From Podarcis vaucheri (lineage: Eukaryota): 64,000 nt of DNA. The stretch lies in assembly GCA_965113315.1 (NCBI GenBank), contig OZ220374.1. One strand, 5' to 3'. The translations under genes were made by a program, and so were the position numbers. This document shows, in pieces, positions 23,951 to 37,567 of the stretch; within the stretch, counting starts at the first letter, position 1, and every line of letters starts with the position of its first letter. The notes below the pieces were generated by a model that was not told the origin of the DNA, did not search any database, and worked only from the letters and a program-made list of their open reading frames with translations.

Positions 23951-25868
23951 ATATTGTTCAAAAGGATTTATTAATAAGGTTTTAGTTTAGCATTTAATTT
24001 TTTCCTTGCTTTTGTCCCTGTCACATCATGGCAGCTGTGATGGAGGTAAATGCAGAAGTACACCAGAGAAGCAATTATAACAATATGATAAAAAAAACCC
24101 TCTATGAGCTAGTGCTTGAATGATGTGGGTAATATGAAGGATGTGGCACTTCCTTTGGCCTTGCACTGCTAATAGTGTCAAAAAGATTTCGTTAGATAGG
24201 AGAATAATTATGTTGGGGAAAGGAGCAAGTCATATATACTTGTAATGCAATTAACAATAATGCCTCTTGCATTACTCCAAGGTAATATTTCATATGATAT
24301 GCATATATAAGACTCTTTATTTTATGAAACAGAAGAAGCTGACAGAAATCACCCAGGTTAATTAGGAATACAGTCCTCCACAGTTTTACAGAGTATCATG
24401 TTGCAGCTCTATGACACTTAAATACATGATTATGAGATTCTATCAGCCTTCCTTTCATGTGGCACTGACCTCATCTGGTTTTTAATCCGCAGGGTATTTG
24501 CCATACAGCATGTCACAGTGGCTCAGAAAGAAAAACATTCCCAAAGCAATGTTTTTTTCCTTTTCTTTTTAGAGAACAATACGAGTTTGTAAAATTAATG
24601 TTGGCCTTGGGATTACGGGAAATTCAACCGTATTCTTACGTCTCTGGGGCAGTGGGGCAACATTGTTAAGCGTTTGCCGGAAACCAATGCATGGAGCAGT
24701 GAATGGGAAAATGTCTTCATTAGGTGGCTGTTGCCTTTGTGGTCATTCCTTTGGAATGGTTCCGGATTACTATCTTATTTTTATTGGCTCTAATTTAAAG
24801 ACACCACCTTCCTTTGGCTGCAAATAAGTCTGCTTCTTTAGTTCTAAGCAGAACAACGTACGGCGGGAATGCTCCAAGGGACAGGGGGGGTGGGGGGACC
24901 CAGGCTTTTGTGTAATGATGTCATATGCCAACTGTGCCAGGCAAATGTGTAGTAATAGCTGAGGTATTCTATAATTAAAACAAGTCTTCTTGTTAAGAGA
25001 GACTGAAAGTGATCAAAGCTCTTTTGTCTGCTCTGTCACTTGGTAGATGAGAAAGCGCTTCGGTTAACAGGGGAGATGGCCTTGTGGTTTCTCTGTGTCT
25101 CTGTCTTAAGTCGCTCTGGTCTTATTACCCTGAGCTACAAAGGGAACCATAAAAAGTAATGCTGGAAAAAATGTTTTTAATTGGAAGAAGGTGATATGCA
25201 AAAATTTGGCATAGTTTGATTGGTTCCAGGCAAGTATCTATATGAAGTACGTATATAAAACTGCATAGCTCAGTCAAGTCGAAGTGAGTTTAGTCCAGCA
25301 GTAAGAGTTACAGCCAGGCCAGATTAACTGTACTTAGGTCCTATTGAAAGCAAACTACATGTGACAATAAGACCAAACTACATGTCACAGCAGTCACATG
25401 TTGAAACAAGCACAGTTAGCTTGGGTACTTTTATTTTGGAGGGGGGAACCCAGTCCTGTGGCCCTGATCTGGAATGTGCTTTTAATTCAAATTAGAATCC
25501 TACACTGGTTTTCCCAATTCAAATTGGGACCTCTTCCTGGCTGCTATTTATGCCAAATGTGTTTTTTACAATAGATAGCACTTTCAGGAGAAAAAACGCC
25601 ACGAGTGGAAAGCTATTTGCAGCACAAAACTAGAGCGGGGCCCCAACTGAGACTGGCTTCGGATTGGGGTTCTGTGACTACTTTTTCTCTAAAATAAAAA
25701 CAACCAGGTTTATCCTCATGTTAAAATAATTTGGCTAATGTCACACATGATTTGCTCCTAAGTCTAAGTTAGTGTAAATCTAGCCCAATGTTTCCAATAC
25801 ATTCTCACTGGGCTTTCAGCTACTCTGTCTATGAAGGAATACATACCTCTTATTTTGAGCACAAAGAG

Positions 25869-26123
25869 CATGGGTAGGCAAACTAAGGCCCGGGGGCCAG
25901 ATGAGGTCCAATTGCCTTCTAAATCTGGCCTGCAGACGGTCCGGGAATCAGTGTGCTTTTTCATGAGTAGAATGTTTATGTAATAAAATGCATAAAATGC
26001 ATCTCTGGCTTATTTGTGGGGCATAGGAATTGGTTCATTATTTTTTCCAAAATATAGTCCGGCCCCCCACAAGGTCTGAGGGACAGTGGACCGGCCCCTG
26101 CTGAAAACGTTTGCTGACCCCTG
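25869..26123. mobile_element. hAT (Charlie-like) MITE
   Basis: CATGGGTAGGCAA...TTGCTGACCCCTG termini. 8-bp TSD ACAAAGAG / CCAAAGAG. Confidence 0.75.
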
Positions 26124-26190
26124 CCAAAGAGGGTGAATCTGGCATGGGGGAGGATATATCAAAGTAAGATATCCACTGCAAAAGGCAATA

Positions 26191-26525
26191 CAGTGGTGCC
26201 CCGCAAGACGAATGCCTAGCAAGACGGAAAACTCGCTAGACGAAAGAGTTTTCCGTTTTGGAGGTGCTTCGCAAAACGAATCTCCTATGGGCTTGCTTCG
26301 CAAGACGACAATGTCTTGCGAGTTCCTGCTGGGGTTTTTTCCTTCCCCCCCTTTTTCTAAGCCGCTAAGCTGCTTATCAGCTGATCCGATCAGCAGATAA
26401 GCCGCTAAAAGCCGCTAATAGCGCTAATCCGCTAATCCGTCAATGGGCTTGCTTCGCAAGATGAAAAAACCGCTAGACGAAGAGAATCACAGAACGGATT
26501 CTTTTCGTCTTGTGAGGCACCACTG
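26191..26525. mobile_element. Tc1/mariner (Tigger/pogo-like) MITE
   Basis: TIR CAGTGGTGCCCCGCAAGACGAA / TTCGTCTTGTGAGGCACCACTG with TA TSD. Confidence 0.88.
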
Positions 26526-28612
26526 TATGGGGTCTAGCCAAGTCAAAAGAAAGCAGTTTGAGGACTCTGGTATAAAATTTGCATGATATTGGAAAAACCC
26601 AACAGGATTTGGAGTTTTCTTCTGAATAAAGCTGTCTGTCCTCATTGTTATATCAGAGCTGGTTTGAAATCCCCAGGAAATATTGATTTCTTAATTCTAC
26701 TCACTTGGGCTAAGTGAAGAGTCAAGCCCAGTTTTTTCCTCAGTGTTACTTAAAAATTACATGTGGCTGATGGAAGTCATTTTGCATGTGTGTAAAATTG
26801 CATTCCAACTAGGTACTTATAGCACTTAAAGTTATGGTTTTCCCCTACCTAGCTCGTTGGATTCTCAAATTATTCTTTATGGCATTTGCATAGCTCTGTC
26901 TGAGTTGCCATTGAAGTCCTTGACTTGGGCAGTAAAATGATCGATTAATATGATATGTAGTGATATGCAAACACTACAAGCCAATTTAGAACAATTGCTT
27001 AAAATGCTTCTGCATTCTCTGGTGATGCTCATAATTGCCAACTGAATTCTGAAGCAAGCTATGGGGAGTTTGCCCCACCACTGCGGTTTAACTTGCAAAA
27101 TGCTTTACACTGTCTATATTACTCATTCACAGGTTTCTGTTATTCCTATTTAACAGATGGGGATTGAAAGCTTGATCCAATTGAGATATGTGACAAATGT
27201 ATGAATGCACAAAGTAAATGTGAACACTGCAAGGAGAGACAGGGTGAAAACCTACTCAAAGGTACTGGCTTGCTCTGGCCAGGTTTAGCTCTCAGTAATA
27301 CAGGTGTTCACATTCCAGGTGACCTTTTAACTGAATGGTAACCCTTTGCCCTAAGAGAAAATTAGAGTCGAACTCCTTTAGATTGCATCTTGTATCAGAT
27401 AAACAGTTTCAATAATGATCCACAAAATCCACAAACAAGTAAAATTGGCAGTCTGAATGTCATTCAGAAGTAAGGCCCACCGATTTAAATGCTTCTTTCT
27501 TCTTACAAGATATGCCAAGGAAAATAGCTTAAATTTTATAAGACAACATTTCTTTTTTTAAAAAAGAATCAAATAAATCCTTACATATGGTAAACAAAGT
27601 GTTACAAAAAGCTTATATACACAGATTAAACACTTAGCTCAATATTTTGCATTTACTCAGAAGTAAATCCTGTTGTATTGAACAGAGCTTATTAGAATTT
27701 TGAAGTTAAATATGTTCAATGTAGGTTTGTTAAATATTATCATACCTTTTTTGCCAGACCGATACATTATTTGTGTAATTATAGGGCAAATGTACTTATT
27801 AGCAAACATTTGCGTGCTAAACTATGATCTAATAATATGTACACTATAAACAGCAGATCTGCATTTTGCATAAGTCTGCATCTTCCATAGCTTTGTAGTA
27901 TACAGGACTAATGATGGGTTTTGCTTTGGCAATTTAATAAAATAGCTATATATGTGCTTAGCTTTGCATATGCTACTGTATAGCTTGTAAGCATCACCTG
28001 TACTTGAATAAAGAATACTCACTTTAAGGCTTATTGCATATAAATGTTAGAATAGAGATCATGGCAAGGGCTAATGTTGAACTGGAAGAATCTGTTCCAG
28101 CCAGCTTATTCACTGTGTAATGTATACACAGAAGCAGTCTCCTTAAAATGTCTTATAATTCTGCTGGCTAAAGGGTGTTCCTCAGTATGAGGAACCGAAC
28201 CAAGAAGACAGTGCTATTTCAGTTTTCTGCCATAGTTCCCAGTCAAACAACGAGGAAGCAGTTGTTGCCCAGGGAGGCACATTATATGAGCCATGAGAGC
28301 AGCAGATAACCAGACTGTACAACAATGATGGGATAAAATCAGGCCAAATATTTATTGACAGCAGAGTAAGTGTTGGCCTGGCATAGAAGCCAGGATTAGT
28401 TCATCATTCCACAACCCCACATTATGGAATTGCCCCAATCCCATTCCATGGGAGTCAGCCAGTGTTGAACATTGCCGTGGTACAGATTCCAACCAGCTGT
28501 GGTCATTCCTCCCCTCAGGTCCCTCATGCCTTCCGCTATTCTATGCTGATCCTGCCCAATGCCATTTCCACCCTCATTCAAACAATGTTCTTTTGCCAAA
28601 CAAAGGAATGCC

Positions 28613-28765
28613 NNNNNNNNNNNNNNNNNNNNNNNNNNNNNNNNNNNNNNNNNNNNNNNNNNNNNNNNNNNNNNNNNNNNNNNNNNNNNNNNNNNNNNNN
28701 NNNNNNNNNNNNNNNNNNNNNNNNNNNNNNNNNNNNNNNNNNNNNNNNNNNNNNNNNNNNNNNNN
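28613..28765. other. Assembly gap (153 N)
   Basis: Run of n. Confidence 1.
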
Positions 28766-29065
28766 CTGGGTTTCCCCAGCCACTCTGGGTGGCTTCCAAC
28801 AGAATATTAAAATACAATAATCTATTAAACAATAAAACTTCCCTAAACAGGGCTGCCTTCAGATGTCTTCTAAAAGTCTGGTAGTTGTTTTTCTCTTTGA
28901 CATCTGGTGGGAGGGCGTTCCACAGGGCAGGTGCCACTACCGAGAAGGCCCTCTGCCTGGTTTCCTGTAACTTGTCTTCTCGCAGTGAGGGAACAGCCAG
29001 AAGGCCCTCAGAGCCAGACCTCAGTGTCCGGGCAGAACGATGGGGGTGGAGACGCTCCTTCAGGT
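28766..29065 (-). mobile_element. L2 LINE 3' fragment
   Basis: Minus-strand APALWNALP...FRRHLKAALF, typical of the L2 ORF2 C-terminus. Same tail as 46785-46900. Confidence 0.85.
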
Positions 29066-30300
29066 AATTAATCCTTCAAGGCACACAAACAAAAAAAACC
29101 AAGTACCAATGCAGTTGAGGGGAAAAAATCCTTTCTGGCTCCATCAACCAGCGACTCAAAAATGCTGAGTGAAGGCTCTAACCTGCAGATTGGTGGGCAG
29201 GAAGCTCTCAAGGCAAAATGGCCCTGAGCTCCAGGAGAAAATGGCCCTGAGCTCCCCGTTGCAATTGCTCACAGGACAGCTCTTTTCTGTGAGGCCATCA
29301 CACGGACAAGATGCTGGGGAAAACCTTATGCCACATATCAAACCCTTACGCCACATACCAAAAAACAGAAGAAGTCAGGAATGATTGCCCGTAGGCCCAG
29401 CCCTGCTACGAGGTAGAGAGAGGCGGCTGCTTCAGGCAGTTGGTCTTGCATGTCACAAAAGCCAGAAAGTTAATACTTATTTAATTTATTATAATTGTAT
29501 TTTTAGAACCCGTGAAGGAGAGGGATGCATGTGGAATTGTCTGCCTCAGGTGCCAAAAATAACTTGGCTGGCTTTGACAGGTGATAGTAGGGTGCCATTG
29601 GGGGAGGGGTTTCATTTGCACCTCCATCTCAGGCCGCAGAATGTCCTGGCTTGCTCCTGTGCCTTCTGCCAACTGACCCTTCATTGTGGAGGGCAGCAAG
29701 AGCCAGAAAATTCTCTGGTTGCTGGTGCTGGAATAGATAGATGGATTCCCTATTCCCCCCCCCCAATCATTTTATTTTATTTTACTTGAGACTTTAAAAA
29801 AACACCTAGGACTGAAGGTTATTGTGCATGAACAACTTCACGACTTCAAACAACAAAAGCAAAAATGAAGATTTTGGAACTCAAAATACAGAATACACAA
29901 CGTGGCATTACTCAGAGCCTGGCAACCCACAGAAATCAGATACAGTTGGCTTTTTTTTTTTTAATCATTGCAAGTGACACAACACAGGTCCAAATTTTGG
30001 AAATGCACATGAATCAATCTGGAACATTTTTATTCGTGATCTATAACTAGAGCTCTTGATAACATTCCAGGCACCGTGATTTGCAGTGAATGTTGGTGGA
30101 GGCTGGCGACCTGGTGTCCTCAGGAATACACAAATAAGACAAGCACTCCATGAATATATATATATATATATATTTGGGGAAGAATGAGGGGGTCTTGTTT
30201 ATATTTCAGCTAGTCACTGTTGAATCTGATGGTAACTGTTGTGTTCTTTTTGGCATTACAGGAGAGCCAGTGCAGTGTGGAGAATAGGAGAGTTGGCCTT

Positions 30301-30419
30301 AAGAAAAAAAGGATTTGAATTTATACGTGTTTGTTTGTCTTTTGTGTATGTTTGTATGGTGTATTGTGTGTGTTTTATAATTTGTGAAAATTTAATAAAT
30401 ATTAATAATAATAATAAAA
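30301..30419 (+). mobile_element. Very short L1 3'-UTR insertion
   Basis: Similar to 20845-20966. 20-bp TSD AGAATAGGAGAGTTGGCCTT (30281-30300 / 30420-30439). Confidence 0.88.
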
Positions 30420-33400
30420 AGAATAGGAGAGTTGGCCTTTGACCAATGAGAACTGGGTTAAAAATTTCTGCTCAGCCATGGAAATCACTGTACCCTTTGA
30501 CCAATCACTATCTCTCAGTCTACCTTGCTAGGCCGCTGTGTGGGATAATATGGCCTAAGCTTGATGTATGCTGTCCTGAGGACCATGAGGGGAGACCTCC
30601 TCGTCTTGCAGCAATTAAGCTGCTCCCACATTTGCAAAGCTCTAGTACATTTCAAATTGGATGGGGGACTGTGTGTTGAGATCACTGCATTGCAGGGGGT
30701 TGGACTAGATGACCCTTGTGGAGCCCTCCAACTCGATGATTCTACAAACGTTCAGCTCTTTGCTGAAAAATAGAAGGAACACCACAGCCCCAGCAGAAAG
30801 ACTACATGTCACTTCAGTAAGTTTTTACATGCTTTGTTAAGCCATTCTCAGTCAGAATTATCGGAGTGCACCCTTGCTTCACTATGATTATTTTTATTAT
30901 TTAAGTAACAGGGGGCTGAGAAAATATATTGTGACCCTGCAGGGTTGTTTGGTGGCATCCTGAGTTGTGGGGATCCCAACCCTCTGCCCCAAAGTGCATG
31001 GCTAGCAGTGTCCCTGTATGTGGGGAGGAGGCCTGTTGATCTCAAGAGTACATTGCTTCAAGCTCAAAACTCTACCAGCTTCAATGCGCAGCCTTTACTA
31101 TGATGATCCTTCACAAGGCAAGATAAATATTTGAGCCTTTCCAAATGCAATGATTAAGGTAAAATTCAAAACCACAGAACTAAATGGAAAGCACCCTGAA
31201 AGCAGAAAGGGCAGCAGAAGCACATTTTAATTCTACAAAAGAGGGGTGAATTGCCTGGATTGCCTTGTATTGACTCATCATCAGTTAATGCAAGTGGTGG
31301 GCTAATCTATTAATCCAATGTTTAAGAAGAGGCTGTTGCTCAGTAATATAGCACATGCCTTCAATGCAAAAGTCAAAGGTCCATGATCAATCGTAGCAAA
31401 TGTTAATCCATGGAAAACCCAACTGATTGTTTGCTCCGATTCAGCTGTAAAGAGTGGGTTTTCCTGAGTGGAAATGGCAGGAGAAGTGGAAGTGTGGATG
31501 AGTCCTCAGTGAACACAATACTAAGCTAGTGGTCTTCCCAGGCTGACTCGGTCTGAGGCAGCTTCCTATCTTTATAGATGTACAAAGGGACAACCTTACT
31601 TTGTTCTGCAAGTGGAAAGTGGGGCAAAGTGGAGATTACGCAAGCAAAAATGTCTTCCAAGGTTGCAAAGAGGCCTTCAGCAGAGCAAGAAAACTACACA
31701 TTTCCAAATTCCCTGGTCCAGACTTGTGATCAAGTCCTTATCTTTGGGCCATTCCACGTATTATATGACATCAATCCTGGTAGCCACAGCCAATCCCAGC
31801 TCTCTGATTGTTTTCAAACACTTGTTTGTCACACTTATAAGCAAATGGTAGCAAGTTAGAGTAGCTTAAAGCTGCAATCCAATACACACATGGGAATAAA
31901 TCCCACTGGACTCTGTAGGACTTACTTCAGAGAAGACATGCATAGGACTGAAACACTATATGAATATATTTGCCCTGTTATATTTGGAACTGGAAGTTCT
32001 ATATATGGATCACACTCTTTCCCTCACTAATACTATGCAAAAAAGCAAAAAAATAATTAAATTCAATTGACTTCCCTAAGATCCAGGACAAAGTGCCACT
32101 TTTTGGAAATTCCCCCTGGTAATGTCCGGGAAAATCCAGACGTATGGCAGCCCTACGTTCTTCAAAAACATTGATCTTATTGAAACCCACTTTAGACCCC
32201 AGCAATATAGTGCTTAAAAATAGTTTCCACCAGGGAAATCTGTGCAGCTAAATTTTCTAAAACACGGCAAGATTATAAAATAAACTACGTTGCACATATG
32301 CTGGAAAACACTGCCCTTTCCATCCAGTTGAAGTGCACAGTAGATCTCCAACATCTTTTGGGGGCATGGGCCAGGGAGGCACAAAGTAGTGTTAAATGTA
32401 TTCCCCAACCACCTTTAAATAATTTTGTTAAAATAAGGCAACAGCTGGTTTTGATTCAATGTGGAAGTGGCTCTAAATGAGAGTCTTCCCAGGTACTTTT
32501 CTCCAGTGAGGACCCAGAACGTTTTTCAGCAATAAAACAGTTTCTTACCAGTTTGTGGGAATTGGTCAAGGATACGGAGGTGTGAAGAGAAGAGTGAAAC
32601 ATGTTTCTTCGTTGTTTCTTATTCATTTAGCTTCATCAGATAAACACTTCTAATTATAAGGTGATCGGAGCTTTGAAGCTCAGCACAATCTGACATCAGG
32701 CCAACATCAGATGATGGACAGCTAGGCAGCCCCACCCACCTGTCAAATTTGGGGTGGCAAGATAAGGATCTGCCCTGCTGATCAGAAAAGGTTCCCCAAC
32801 CCTGGAGTGGAGGCTCAATGGCAGGGAAACTAGGAGATAAATTGGCGCCTGACCCACACACAATGAGATCATTGTGCATGTGACAGAACAGGGTTCAAAC
32901 TGAATTTGGGAGTAACCAAACTATTTTCAGAGTTCCACTATGTTGGGTCCAGTTGTGAGCTTTCCAAAGGGAGATTTCCCCATCTCTACTTAGAGGTGAA
33001 TTCCAATAAAATTAGCTGAACTTCCTTCCAGGTGAAGGCATTCAGAACTAGGATGCCAGAATATTGTGGTCTGTGCAAACAGAAGCAGAAACTGTGGCCA
33101 GGCATATGAAAACTACATAGACATGTAACATCAGCTTCTGGCTCACCTTGAGGAAAATAGCAGATGATGCTGAGAGCCAGCTTTCTGGAGCCTGGAGAGC
33201 AATCCTGGGTTTAGAGAGTGGTCCCACATGGGATTTGGGTTTCCATGGCACAGAGAGAGGGGAAAACCCCTTACAGTCTGCCAAGAGGGAATGGCAAATC
33301 AAGCATTAAAATTGATTTCTAGATAGTTTGGCTCATGTTCTTCCATTCAAATTCTAAGACTGGAGCCAAACCACACTGAAATCACCAGGGCCATCATAAA

Positions 33401-34025
33401 AAAATTGCATTTACTCTTTAAGATTTTTCCATGAAATGTAGCTCAGAACTTTCTAAATCAAGCCTATTGTAGCTAGGGTGGACTTTCTTCTTTTCAGCTG
33501 AAAGAGTGTATTCTTTGCAACTGGAAAAAAGAAGCAGGATGTTATTCAGCACGTAGGACTCATTTCATCTGAACAGCCAGTTTCTCTTATAGAGAAATCA
33601 GAAAATGAACAGAAATAATTTGTAACATTAAGCATATAATATGTGGTTAAACCCAGAATGTACGTAACAAATTACTCCGTAAAATTAGTTAACTGATGAA
33701 GAATGGTAACCCTTAAGAGATTCACATCTTTTGAGAAACTTATTGACCTCAAATGTCAAATGTGGTAAATTGACCTTTAGACAGCCACTAGGTCTATAAA
33801 TTCTAATCTCATCTTTCACTATGGTGGGCTCCATATTGCAGAAACAGGCCCCAGGAACAAACTGTAGAGGACCATTACTTTCAGTCTTTGCATTTGGTTA
33901 TGGGCCAAATAACTGGCCAGTATGTTGGAGGAGATGGGCGCTTGGGCTGGAGGACATCCCTGGTTTGAATCTTGCCTCTGCTATCAACTCGTCATTTTAG
34001 GCAAGTCACAATGTCTGAGCTACCT

Positions 34026-34057
<32 letters not shown>

Positions 34058-34059
34058 AT

Positions 34060-34424
34060 AGGGGGGTGGCACTGTGGGTAAAACCTCAGTGCCTAGGACT
34101 TGCCGATCGCATGGTCGGCGGTTCGAATCCCCACGGTGGGGTGAGCTCCCGTCGTTCGGTCCCAGCTCCTGCCCACCTAGCAGTTCGAAAGCACCCCTAA
34201 GTGCAAGTAGATAAATAGGTACCGCTTTATAGCGGGAAGGTAAACAGCGTTTCCGTGTGCTGCGCTGGTGCTGGCTCACCAGAGCAGCTTCGTCACGCTG
34301 GCCATGTGACCCGGAAGTGTCTCCGGACAGCGCTGGCCCCCGGCCTCTTAAGTGAGATGGGCGCACAACCCTGGAGTCGGACACGACTGGCCTGTACAGG
34401 CAGGGGTACCTTTATCTTTACCTT
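34060..34424 (+). mobile_element. Sauria SINE
   Basis: Homologous to 11048-11407; preceded by (CA)n at 34027-34052. Confidence 0.9.
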
Positions 34425-35686
34425 AATATCAACCTACCTACAAATTTGTTGTAAACATTTCCCAATTTAATGGATATGCAAACACTCTAAATATGCTGTA
34501 TAAATGCGAAGAATTATATTACAAGCTAATTAGAAAATAAAGCTCCTCTGCATAATTACTGTCTTTGGAGTCAATAGACATGGGACAATTTATTAAATAA
34601 GGGAAAGAGATATTGCTAAATATATTACTTTAATGCTTTCCCTCAGTGTTTCCAAAAAGAAAAGAAAAAAGGGATTCCATATTAGATGACAGAAACAGAC
34701 ATAGATTTCTCCGGGGAGGAAGGACCTGACAGAAAGAAATTATGATCACCACAGAACAGGTGATCAAGAAATTACAACGTCTCAAATTAGAGCTGACAGG
34801 ACTCGAGGGTCCTACGCAAATCGCTTTCTGAATTCAGAAGGCAGACAGCAAGAAAGATTGGAGAACCTTTAGCCAGGATGTTCACTTAAGGCTTCCTTTC
34901 AAACACGGGCAATATTGATGATCTTGGAGAAGGTGAACAGAGCTTCCAGAATAGTTACTTAGGATGTTAGTAAGATGTAAAAATTCATAGATCACGAGCA
35001 GGCAATCACTCTCTCACTATACTCAAGAGTGCTATAGGGGAGTATGGTATTTCTTGTAGACAAGCTAATTACTGGAAAATATTAAAAATGAAAGGATGAT
35101 CAGATTTAGGAAACAGCTGTCCTTGATTTTCATTGGGCACATCAAGTCTGTGTATGGAATTCATACAAAATCCTACAGGGAGGTACAGCAAACTACCAAG
35201 AAAAAAATAGGTTTTTTTTAAACCCAAAAAATGAGGAAGGATTAAGAAGGTAACTTATGAAAAACTGGGCTGCTGAGAAAATCCATGGGCCTCAGAGCAA
35301 ACAGGAGACGGTTCACATTGCCACATCTTTCCAACCTAACATGTTTTGAAAAATATAGGCCACATGAACAACTTTTTCTCCCACCCCTCCAATGCGTTAA
35401 AAAGAGATCATAACACTTCGGTAGGAAGAGAAATTTGAAGGCAGAAACAGCTTCTAGAAGCAGGAAGTGGTGTTTGTGAAAGAATTACTATGAGGTTTTC
35501 TTTGAGTTTCATTGTGCATTTGAAGTGGGGAAGGTAGGGTTTGTCATGGAAAACCCCACCAGTTAGGAAGCTAGACAATATCTGTATTACCTGTCTTAAA
35601 CAAGAACAGAATAGCACCAGCAAAAAGAGACAAGTAAGACCATTGCCACCTAATGACTAAACTATATCATGGCACTACCCACAAAG

Positions 35687-36179
35687 TGTTGTTGTTGTTG
35701 TTTAGTCGTGTCCGACTCTTCGTGACCCCATGGACCAGAGCACGCCAGGCACTCCTGTCTTCCACTGCCTCCCGCAGTTTGGTCAAGCTCATGCTGGTAG
35801 CTTCGAGAACACTGTCCAACCATCTCGTCCTCTGTCGTCCCCTTCTCCTTGTGCCCTCCATCTTTCCCAACATCTTTTCCAGGGAGTCTTCTCTTCTCAT
35901 GAGGTGGCCAAAGTATTGGAACTTCAGCTTCAGGATCTGTCCTTCCAGTGAGCATTCAGGGCTGATTTCCTTCAGAATGGATTGGTTTGATCTTCTTGCA
36001 GTCCATGGGACTCTCAAGAGTCTCCTCCAGCACCATAGTTCAAAAGCATCAATTCTTCGGCGATCAGCCTTCTTTATGGTCCAGCTCTCACTTCCATACA
36101 TCACTACTGGGAAAACCATAGCTTTAACTATACGGACCTTTGTCGGCAAGGTGATGTCTCTGCTTTTTAAGATGCTGTC
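35687..36179 (-). mobile_element. BovB (RTE) LINE 3' fragment
   Basis: DSILKSRDITLPTKVRIVKAMVFPVVMYGSESWTIKKA...RRRGRQRTRWLD, with a (CAA)n tail. Confidence 0.95.
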
Positions 36180-37567
36180 CACGCAGTAAAATGTTTCTTT
36201 TAGCCTCCTCTCTCAGCAACCCTGATGAAAAAATGAAGCAAGTCTACACAGACAACTTTAGAGGCTAAAACTTAAAACCATGTGGAGAATTTTTGAATCT
36301 TTGGAATATGGCAGGATTACAGTTTAAATAAACAGATAAATGGATTGCTTTGCTTATTCTGCCTGTACCCTACCCTCAACTTTTGTATCTGTTTCTTTCA
36401 GCTCACTTCATCTGCTCCTTAAAAATAAGAGAATTTGCAATGCTACCTAGCACCTAGGTCAGTATTCAAAATGCTGTGTTTTGAAACAGCAACAGATTGA
36501 GCTATGGATTTGAGCCCCTTCAAGAGATGTTCCTAAATTAGGTGTCCAACCTTTGACATTATAATATTGCATCTTTAATATCCATGTTAATGTCTAGCAC
36601 ATTTTGAAAGACACTGAGCTCTTGGCTTTAGTCACTACAATGATTCCCATATGCTAACTCTGTACTGGGTGAAAGCGTTGCCTTTCTACCAGTAAAATGT
36701 CCTGAGAAGTTCTAATTATTTTCATCGATGTGGATTACTTTTGCATTTGCAAACAAATAACTACACTTTCATCATGTTGCCCACACACATACATCTAACG
36801 TGCTTATTTCATTCTGAAAACCAATCTTCTCCAGCTTGGAGTAAATTATTGTCACTCGGCTTCTCACACCCTGAGCCAGTTCTGATGTCATCTCTTGCCT
36901 TTCCCCAAGGAGACTAAAGTGTCACTGATGCCCCAGAATCAGACACAGTAAAGATCAACTGGAAGGGGGGGGAGTGCAAATGAGAAATTCACATCCAGCA
37001 GCATTTGCAATGCTAGTGACAAAATCCAAAGATTTATCTATGGTGCAAAAAATGGAAAAAACAGATCAGAAACACAGCCCTGCTGAGAATTCTAAGAGAA
37101 TGCTTTCCAACTAGCAATCGTCTCAAAACTAGTGCAATTCAAAAGGTTGTTTGCTCTGTAATCTTCATTGCAGCAACCAATGAGGAAGCCCTTTATCTTT
37201 CACACACAGTTTTCTTCCTTGTTCCGGAAACATTAAGGCTTCCTTTCTTTTTCTTCAAAAGAAAAACGAAGCATTGCCAGCCAAAAGGTTTGTGTTCATT
37301 GCCCATTAATTATACTTAGGGAGGCCCAGATAATCATTTCCTTGATTCGGGAGTTCTGCACACAAACACACCCAAATCACAAAATTACAGCCAAAGAATT
37401 ATTCATGGGGAAAGCTACAATGACCTGGACCTACATACTTTAGAGGATTTTCATGTGTGGAGATATGTGTTGCAAGTGAAACACGCAACAAAAGGTTGCA
37501 ATGTGAAGTGCTCCCATTCAGGTTTCCATCCACTGAATTCTTCTGTATTTTCCCAAAAGTGTTACAT

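Noticed and set aside
28462-28937. ORFs spanning X runs
   Set aside because: Artefacts of the N gap.
34620-35400. Possible old RTE-type LINE fragment (also 9740-10330, and an L2-like stretch at 7450-8140)
   Set aside because: Only faint motif resemblance; too degraded to call without a database search.
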